Shown piece by piece: positions 55,400 through 64,000 of a DNA stretch of 64,000 nucleotides. This DNA comes from the human T2T-CHM13v2.0 reference genome, Homo sapiens: assembly GCA_009914755.4 (NCBI GenBank), contig CP068257.2, positions 22,336,001-22,400,000 of the forward strand, given 5' to 3'. A model generated the notes under the pieces. That model had not been told where the DNA came from and searched no databases. It worked only from the letters and a program-made list of their open reading frames with translations. Numbering within the stretch: the first letter of the stretch is position 1; each line of letters begins with the position of its first letter. The position numbers and the translations under genes are program-made.

Positions 55400-56990
55400 A
55401 TAAAATCTGTATATAAACTTTATGGAAATATTGATTATACTCAGAAGTAAAGACTCATGTAAAGGGCATTAAAGAGCTTAGTGGAAAATCAAAGAAGAAA
55501 AACCTAAAGTGGTGAACAAATATTTAAACTGCTGGTCAATACAGAGAAGAGAGTTTGCAGTTTGAGTCATGCCAACTGAAGCAGACTCCATAAATAACTA
55601 AGCCTTCCCATCCACACATAAGAATTGCTATATCTTAAGGTTAAATAAAACATCCAGTAGCAGAGGAATTAATCCTAAGAGTAAAACAGAATAGTGTTGT
55701 TAGAACATAGTATAAAACCAAGCCTACAAAACCTCAGTATGATCAGCTGGTAACGTATTTGCACAATCAAATGAATAAATCCTCTTCTAAAGATGTAAAC
55801 TAAACCAAAACCTATGGAAACAGACTATGCACAATATCTAGTATATTATAAAAATTAGTAGACATACCAGGAAGGAAGAAAATATGACTAACTGTCAAGA
55901 CCAAAAAACAGTCAATAAAAACAGACCCTGAGCTTGTTCAAAGGTCAAATTTAAAATAAGGTCTTAACACATTCACTTTTGACATCTTCGAGAACTTAAG
56001 GACAAAAAATATCATAATGACCAAATACATGGGTAGGTACTTCAACCTCAAAGAAGAAATTTAAAATAGAAACAAATAGATATTATAAAATTAAAAATAT
56101 TATATCTGAAAAACAAAAACAGGATGGCTTAGCCATTCACCCTGTAGATAGTTAAAAGATGTCATTTTAATTGAAGAACAACAACAAAAAAAAATGGAAA
56201 GCATAATGAGTAGGTCTTTCACTACTTGTAAGACAATGTCCAATTTTCTAATGTAAGTGTAAATGGTCCTTTAAGGAGTGGAAAAAGAGATTGTCCAGGA
56301 AAAATAGTATAGTTGAATAAAAAAATTGCAAACTGTCTAAATTTTATAACAATATTAAACCAAAAATACAAGAAGTTTGATAATTCTCAAGAAATGTATC
56401 AGAAAGTAAACAAAATAAAAAGTAGTTAGTTATATCATATTCAAATTTCTAAAAACAAAAAGAAAAGATAAAACCTGAATGTCACCAAAATAAAAATAGC
56501 AGATTACTTACAGGGGAGCAACAATATGAATTATAGCCAGTGTCTCCTCAGAAAAAATGGTGTAAGAAAACAATAGAAAAATAAGTCTCTCAACTAACAA
56601 ATATATATAGACAGAAAATATTCTTGAAACATAAATGAAAAATAGAGATTTTTTTTTTTCAAATAAAGCCAAGAGGAGACCCATACTATAGAAAATGTCA
56701 AAGGAAATCTTACATTGAGAACAAATGGCATAAGATGGGAATTAGAATGGGCATGAAGTATTGAACATGGAAAACAAAATAAAAATAGCAGAAAAGAGAA
56801 AAGGGACATATTGAATTATACTAATGCAATAACTGTTAATAAATAAATAAATAAATAATATCAAGTAGTATAGCTGAAAAGCTAATAGAGGAATCAAAAT
56901 AGAACAGTAAAATAGTTAATACACCCAAAAGAAAGAAGGAAGAAGATTTAAAAAAATTAATAAGTAGAAGACAAATAGAAAATAAATAGC
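55400..56990 (+). mobile_element. Probable older (L1M-like) LINE-1 ORF2-derived fragment, tentative
   Basis: A-rich sequence with L1 ORF2-like stretches, for example '...ggatggcttagccattcaccctgtagatagttaaaagatgtcattttaattgaag' resembling the ORF2 segment 'gagatatcccatgttcatggattggaagactcaatattgttaagatgtcaattc'. Assignment by eye only. Confidence 0.35.
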
Positions 56991-59914
56991 AAACGGATTT
57001 GAGAGAAGATGGCAGATAGGAGACAAAAATGACATGCAGCTCCCATCTGGATGGACAGAATAGCAAGGGGAGACTCACACTATGGACTTTTGCTCCAGGA
57101 ACCACCACAGAAGTGTACCAAGAAAACCAAAACAAATTACAATTTCTTTCAAAGAAATGGCAGCCTGCTGCAAATTCCTCAAGACAGACAAAAAACTCTG
57201 GTGCTCTCTTGAATGTGTCACCTCTTGGCTGGAGACCAGCCAACTCAGGACATTACAGCAACTCAGGACAGAACAACCATGCTCCAAGGAAGGAGAAAAC
57301 AACAGTTAATTCCACTGCCTGCAACATCCTGGCTAAACAGTTGTCCTGAGTCTGCCCATGTGACAAGTTCACTGCAAGAATAACTGGCATTCAAGAAAGC
57401 CAAAACACGAGCATATCTAAAATCAAGGACTCTCACAGAGTCTACTGCACTCCCCTGTTATCTCCAACAGAGCAGGTGCTAGTATCCATGGCTGGGAGAC
57501 CTGAAGATGGATTGCATCATAGTACTATTTGCAGACATTCCTCAGTACCAGCCCAGAGCTTTGTAGCCCCACTGGGTGGCTAAACCGAGAAGAGGAATAA
57601 TAATCATTGCAGTCTGGCTCAAAGGAAGCCCCATCCCTAGGGGAAGGGGGAGTGCATCACATCCAGGGATCACCTTGTGGGACAAAAGAATCTGGACAGC
57701 AGCCCTTGAGTTCCAGATTTTTCCACTGAAAGAGCCTATTCAAATGAGAAGGAATAAGAAAAGTAATTCTGGCAATAAGACAAAATGAGATTCTATAGCA
57801 CCCCCAAAAGACCACACTAGCTCCCCAGCAATGGATCCAAACCAAGAAGAAATCTCTTAATTACCAGATAAAGAATTCAGAAGGCTGATTATTGAGCTAC
57901 TCAAGGAGATATCAGAGAAAAGTGAGATCCAACTTAAATAAATAAAAAAAAATACAGTTGTGGATCAAAAATGCTCCAGAGAATTAGATTTAGAAAAAGC
58001 AACAATAACTTCTGGAAATGAAAGGCACATTTATAGAAGTGCATAATGCACTGAAAAGTTTCAGCGATAGAATTGAACAAGCAGAAGAAAGAACTTCAGA
58101 GCTTGAAGATAGGCTTTTGAAGTAACTCAATCAGACAAAGACAAAGAAAAAAGAATAAAAAAATGTACAAAGCCTCCAAGAAGTTTGAGATTATGTTAAA
58201 TGGCCAAACCTCAGAATAATTTGTATTCCTGAGGAAGAAGATAAATCTAAAAGTTTGGAAAATGTATTTGAGAGGCTATGAGGAAAACTGCCCTGGCCTT
58301 CCTAGAGATCTGGACATCCAAATACAAGAAGCTCAAAGAACACCTGAGAAATTCATTGCAAAAAGGTAATCACCCAGGTACACAGTCATCAAGTTACCTA
58401 AAGTCAGACAAAGGAAATAATCTTAAGAACTGTGCAGCAAAAGCATCAGGTAACCTACAAAGGAAAACCTATCATATTGACAGCAGATTTCTCAGCAGAA
58501 ACACTAGAAATGGGAAAGAACTGGGGTTCTATCTTTAGCCTCCTCGAACAAAATATTTGCCAGCCAAGAATTGTGTATCCAGCAGAACTAAGCTTCATCA
58601 GCAAAAGGGAAAAAAAGTCTTTTTCAGACAACAACAATAAAAAAAAAACACGCTGAGACAATTCACCACTACCAAGCCAGCACTACAAGAAATGCTAAAA
58701 CGTGTTCTAAATCTTGAAGGAAAACCTAGGAATTCAACAAAATAGAACTGCCTTAAACCATAAATCTCACAGGACTTATAAAACAATGACACAAAGGAAA
58801 AAAAAAAGGCATTCAGGCAACAACTAGCATGATGAATAACAATACCTCACATCTCAATACTAATGTTGAATGTAAATCACCTGATAATTTTACCAGGGAG
58901 GTATGCTACTATAAGATGTGTGTGTACCTCAAAGTAGAGCTTAACCATCATTGAGGCAAAGTAGAAACAACTAAAGGGAAAATTAGTTCACACTCATAGT
59001 TGAATATTTTACACCCAATTTTCAGTAATTGATGAAACTACTAGATACAAATATTAATAAACATATAAACTATTTAAATGACACTGTTTCTCAAATTACT
59101 TAAATTAAAATTTATGAACACTATACCCAGCTTTTCAGAATTCACATGGGAATTTCACCAAAGTAGACCAATTTTTGAGGCATATTATGACTTAATGAAT
59201 TAAAAAGAAAGAAATACTCCATACATTTTCACTGACCATGTGAAATTAATAACAACAGCAAAAAAACAATTAGAACAGATCCAAATATTTGGATATTTTA
59301 AATGACCTATGATTCAAAGAAGAAATTACAAAGGATATTAGAAAATGTGAATGAAATGAATTAACAACATATTAAAATTTATGGAATATTTCCACTGCCT
59401 TAAATATGTGGCTTTAAAGTTTTATAATATAGAATAAGAAAGGTTTAAAATCACTGAACTAAGTAAGTTTTCACCTTCAAAAACTTGAAAATGAGAAAAT
59501 TAAACATGAAGTAAGAATAAAGAAGAAAATAATAAAGAGCAGAAATCAATGAAACAAAAGTGAACTATAAGCAAAATTTATTCAAAAAACGTAAAAGCTG
59601 ATAAGGAGAATAAGGATATACAATGAAATAATAAATACCAAGAATGAAAGAGGTAGGAAGGGTAGAATTCATTCCAAAATTAAAATAATATTATTAAAAA
59701 TATGAAAAAAGTATGCTAATTCCACAACTTAGATAACATTGATTAATTACTGAAAAACAGAACATATCAAGACTATCACACAAAAAAATAGAAAATCAGA
59801 ATAAGACTATATCCATTAAAAAATTAAAATTATTTAAAAAAACATAAACAAAAACATCTCCGTAGCCACATGACATCAGATGTAATTATGTGGTTAATTT
59901 AAGAAAGTAATGTT
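56990..59914 (+). mobile_element. Primate L1 (LINE-1) 5' portion: 5'UTR about 56990-57756, decayed ORF1 about 57757-58760, start of ORF2 from about 58800. Ends abruptly at an Alu
   Basis: ORF-track peptides match the L1 ORF1 protein. 57576-57788 '...MRRNKKSNSGNKTK' corresponds to MGKKQNRKTGNSKTQ. 58278-58538 '...NLKNCAAKASG' and 58432-58656 'VTYKGKPIILTADFSAETLEMGKNWGSIFSLLEQNICQPRIVYPAELSFISKREKKSF' correspond to 'VTLKGKPIRLTADLSAETLQARREWGPIFNILKEKNFQPRISYPAKLSFISEGEIKYF'. Downstream, 'cactatacccagcttttcagaattcacatgggaatttcaccaaagtagaccaatttttgaggcatattatg' matches ORF2 (ccaacagcagaatacacattcttctcaagtgcacatggaacattctccaggatagaccatatgttagg). Confidence 0.75.
57757..58760 (+). pseudogene. Decayed L1 ORF1 (ORF1p-like) with frameshifts and stops; not an intact gene
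   Basis: Three ORF-track fragments in different frames together span the ORF1p coiled-coil, RRM and C-terminal regions. See the parent L1 feature. Confidence 0.7.
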
Positions 59915-60151
59915 GAGGCTGGGCACAGTGGCTCACGCCTGTAATTCCAGCACTTTGGGAGGCTGAGGCAGTTGGATCATGAGGTCAGGAGTTTGAGACC
60001 AGCCTGACCAACATGGCAAAACCCCGTCTCTACTAAAAATACAAAAATTAGCCAGGTGTAGTGGGGGGCACCTGTAATCCCAGCTACTCAGGAGGCTGAG
60101 GCAGGAGAATCGCTTGTACCTGGGAGATGGAGGTTGCAGTGAGCCGAGATC
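59915..60151 (+). mobile_element. Alu SINE inserted in L1 ORF2, 3'-truncated (lacks about the last 45 bp and the A-tail)
   Basis: 'gaggctgggcacagtggctcacgcctgtaattccagcactttgggaggctgaggcagttggatcatgaggtcaggagtttgagaccagcctgaccaacatggcaaaaccccgtctctactaaaaatacaaaaattagccaggtgtagtggggggcacctgtaatcccagctactcaggaggctgaggcaggagaatcgcttgtacctgggagatggaggttgcagtgagccgagatc', then unrelated sequence 'ccttcaaagctgtatctac'. Confidence 0.85.
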
Positions 60152-63077
60152 CCTTCAAAGCTGTATCTACATTATTGCTTGATTGAATAACCAAGGAATG
60201 GGAATTTTGGGCTTGTGAATTATACTTTTCTAGAGAGGCATGAGGGAGCCGTGGAAAGAACTCTATTACTGGGCCTGAGGAAATCATGGAAAGGAAGTGT
60301 AAAAGGTATCATTATATCAGACAGATAGAATATTCCAAGTGTGAAAGCAGTAAAATATATCTAATAAACACAGTCTCAACAAAAAAATGCTTATAATTAG
60401 TATACCAATATCAATATATCTCACACTTTAAAAAAATACTTCTTCAGAAAACTCTAAAGAAGTTATGTATCCCATGACCTGGTAAATGATGACTCAACTA
60501 TAATAGCAATTTCTTATACTTATGTAGCATTTTATATTTTTTATATCAAATTTGGAATCGTGTAAACCTTTAAACTTTTTAAAATCTTTACAAATTTATA
60601 TATTTTTAAATTAATCCTTCCTTTGCCTTGAAAATAAGACAACCAAAGGAGATATATCTCACAACCAAGAAAAGAATAAACCACGTATTATGAGTACAAT
60701 TCAAGTTATTTAACATTAGCCAGATGTTCGCATGCGGTGTGCTAGATATATCTTCATTAAAACAAGAATATTAAGTTTTATAACATACTTCAAGCTGACC
60801 TGTGTTGTATATAACCAAAACATATAAGATGATTCAATCTTTGGAAGATATAAATGTGGATATCACAGTGAAACAAGTTAATGGACAATATCATGGGGCA
60901 AGAGGCTCTTCCAGGGTCATTCCTTCCTAACAGAAAATATTTTAAATATTTGTGTTTTAAAACTTAAACAATTTTTGGTTCTGCATTGTTTTCAAAATTG
61001 TTCTATTGATTTATGACCATTGAGATAATATTATTTCAGCTATACATTTTTTAATAACCAAAAAAACAAAACATTTAGGGGAATCCTGAATCTAGTTTGA
61101 GATTGTGGTGTAAGCACAAAAATATGAGCAGTTACTGGATGACAGAAGGGAGTTCTCTATGAAAGTATTTGGATCTTTAACTAAATGAGCTAGGATAGAC
61201 TGTTGGAGTCCTCATCTCTACTCATAATATCTGGCTACCCTGGCATTTAGCTTAGCAAGGTAAAGGCATACAAGGCTGGTAAATAAACTAGACTTGGAAG
61301 CTTGAGAAGCAAAAACAAACAAATAGGATGAAATAATTATAAAGAAAACAGTATCTCATTTCCAATGCCAACCAAGAAAAAAATTATTTAAAAAAATGGA
61401 ATGAATAAAATGTGAGAAGTTTTGACAGAATAATAAATAATTAAAATGTGGTGTATCTTCCACTCTGCACATAGTTTTTTTTGTAAAACAAGGGGAGCAG
61501 GTGGTGTGAGAGAGAATTGTGTACAGCAAGGAATAAAAGGACACCCAGCATAAGGGTTGCTTCCAGCAGATTTATACAAGAAAATAAATTGTGGAAAGAA
61601 TGTCATTATAATTGCTTAAAAATACTTTGCAATTTTGCTTTTCCATTCTCCTTTTCCTATTTCTACTGCCACCCATTTCACCTCTCATAACAACGTCTTT
61701 ACTAGCTTTTGCTTTTATTACGTGCGACATAAGCTAGGGAAGAATAGTGGAAATGACTATATGAATGAAAAAAAGACATCTATATTTTGACCAAGGGTGA
61801 CATCATTCTCCATATTCCAACTGGATATGATTCCAAAGGCAGACAGTAAAAAGAAGAAGAATGAGACTTAACCGAAGTATGAAATAAAGAGGAGATGTCA
61901 ACTGTAGTTTCTGTTCAACAAGGGCTGAAAGTAGATTCTTTTAAACAAAATGTGAGGCATTTTATCAAACAAGCCATTTCTATTTTTGACCGAACTCTAT
62001 AAATAACAATGTAAAGCAAAAGTGCTCTTTAAGTATAATGTAGTAGATTGGAAAATACTAAAAATCTAAAGGTATATTCTAAAACTACCATTATATAGAC
62101 TTACTCATATGTAGTTAATATTTTGAATTCTGCACTCTACAACTAACATTAACTTGGAAATGTTTGTATCTGTAAACCACACACTTGTTTTTAATGAGTC
62201 TAGTTTCAAAGCAAAACTGTTCTCTCTTTCAAATTATGATTTTAGGAAGTAGTGTAATTTAGTGGTGATTCTTAAAGGAGTTAAGGACAATTGAGCTTAT
62301 ACTTTAGTGTCATACCACTTACTAGCTTGGACACACATGTGCCACAGGTTTCCTATCTATAAGAGAAAGTAAGCTGGGTATATAAGCTAAATAACATATG
62401 GATCAGGAACTGTTCTGAAAAACTGAATATACAGTGATGAACAAGAAAGACAATGTGCTTAGACTAGAAACCTAAATTCTCATAAGTGGATAAAACAACA
62501 AATAAATGACCAAGATAGATTGTATGGTGTGGCATCTGTTATGAGGTAAATAAAAAAGACAGTTTGTTAAAAGTGACTCTGTGAGGAAGATGTTTTTAAT
62601 TGGGTGGTTCTGGAGTGCCTCAATGAGTAGGTGACGATTGTAATGTTCCTAAATGGTTAGGAATCTAGGATCTAAAGAAGACCTTTCCTGGTAGATGAAA
62701 CATAATAGAAAGGCCCTAGGGTATACATTTGCTTCATTGGTAGGAAGAGAAAGAAGGCTGTGGTCGTCCGAGGAAAGTAAGTCATTAAGTAAGTCATTAA
62801 GAAAATGGCGTGCAATAGAAATGGTGGAAACAAAGAATGGTTCAGATCACAGAAGGCCTTGGGGACTGTAATGGATGCCATTGGCTTACCCTTTTATATT
62901 CATTATCTACTCTGTCATGTGCTTTATGTATTCAGAAATGTAAACTGTATAAATTGCTGCAGTGGGTTGATTTATTTTTGGTTTTGCTGTTGGGTTTGGC
63001 AAATAGGTGACCCCAGGAGGATATCCAGAAATTAAGAAGAAAAAGAGGTGTTAGTACTACTTCACTATGACTACGGT

Positions 63078-63426
63078 CTGAATATTTGTATACCTACAAA
63101 TTTGTATGTTGAAATCCTAACACCCAGTGTAATCATGGCAGAAGGTAGGGCTTTTGGAATGTAATAAGGTTATGATGGTATAGTCCTCATGAACGGGATT
63201 AGTGCCTTAGAAGCCTAAGAGACACCTCTTACCCCTTCCACCATGGGAGGGTCCAGCAAGAAGGCACTGTCTATGGACCAGAAAGTTGACCCTCATGAGA
63301 CACTGCGTCTGCCACCTCCTTGATCTCGTACTTCTCAGGCTCTAGAACTCTGAGAAATAGATTTTGTGATGTATAGGCCACCCAGTTTATGCTGTTTTGT
63401 TATAGAAGCCTGAATGGACTGAGACA
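63078..63426 (+). mobile_element. MLT1-type MaLR solo LTR
   Basis: '...tttgtatgttgaaatcctaacacccagtgtaatcatggcagaaggtagggcttttggaatgtaataaggttatgatggtatagtcctcatgaacgggattagtgccttagaag...ccaccatgggagggtccagcaagaaggcactgtctatggaccagaaagttgaccctcatgagacactgcgtctgccacctccttgatctcgtacttctcaggctctagaactctgagaaatagattttgtgatgtataggccacccagtttatgctgttttgttatagaagcctgaatggactgagaca' is collinear with the MLT1 consensus. Confidence 0.6.
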
Positions 63427-64000
63427 CATATTGATTCACCCTGGAGCAACAGGATCCCTCTATAGAAAGCCCCAACTCCTATGAGGTAGACCTGTCCAGA
63501 CAGCTACTCTTTCTGGACACTGTAACAAATCACAACCCTTCAATCATAGGCTTGGTGAAGTCTCCCTCCTGTTGCAGGCCTGAAGCCCTGTACTACTCCC
63601 TGCTGGCTCACCTAAACTCTGACTACATCTACAACAATAATCCCATTATTTAGTTATCTTTAATTTGCCAAGTTTCAATGGGCTCTCTATTTCCTGCCGG
63701 GACTCTATCTGATGAAAACATAATAGTAAGGATTTGGTTTAATTATAACATGCATATTACATGCAAAATGCCTCATGTCATTACTCACAATTAGAAAACT
63801 TAATGCATTCTCAATGACACTATGGGAAACAGTGCTACATTTGCCATCCTCTCTCTTGATCTCTTTACCAGTGACCAACAGTGGACAGACCAGGAGATTG
63901 TATTTGTAGCCTTCAAATAGCACAAACTTGAATATTTTCTAGTAAATTTCCTGATTCTTCTCTTGCGATCTCCTGACTTCTGAAAAGGCAGAATGACCTA

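Noticed and set aside
56836-57349. Overlapping ORFs of 75-135 aa on both strands
   Set aside because: They lie in the L1 5'UTR and ORF1 start on both strands. L1 5'UTR sequence is known to give spurious and antisense ORFs. There are no homology-like features beyond L1 itself.

Overview
This window is not prokaryotic. It is primate nuclear DNA, human or a closely related hominid, from an AT-rich, gene-poor, repeat-dense region. I therefore find no operons, CRISPR arrays, defence systems or bacterial-type genes. The identification rests on about 20 Alu SINEs in both orientations, three near-full-length THE1/MST-class MaLR retrotransposons, MLT1 and MLT2 solo LTRs, old L1 fragments (one keeps its 5'UTR, a recognisable but decayed ORF1 and the start of ORF2), MIR fragments and many microsatellites. 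Every ORF of 60 aa or more in the six-frame track lies in a repeat (Alu read-through peptides, THE1-int, L1, microsatellite translations) or is short with no coding character. I cannot support a single protein-coding exon, rRNA or tRNA. The long stretches with no recognisable repeat (about 12.0-14.2 kb, 17.0-19.5 kb, 44.8-55.0 kb) look like diverged intronic or intergenic sequence. Repeat-family names come from my memory of consensus sequences, not from a database search; coordinates are within about 10 bp.
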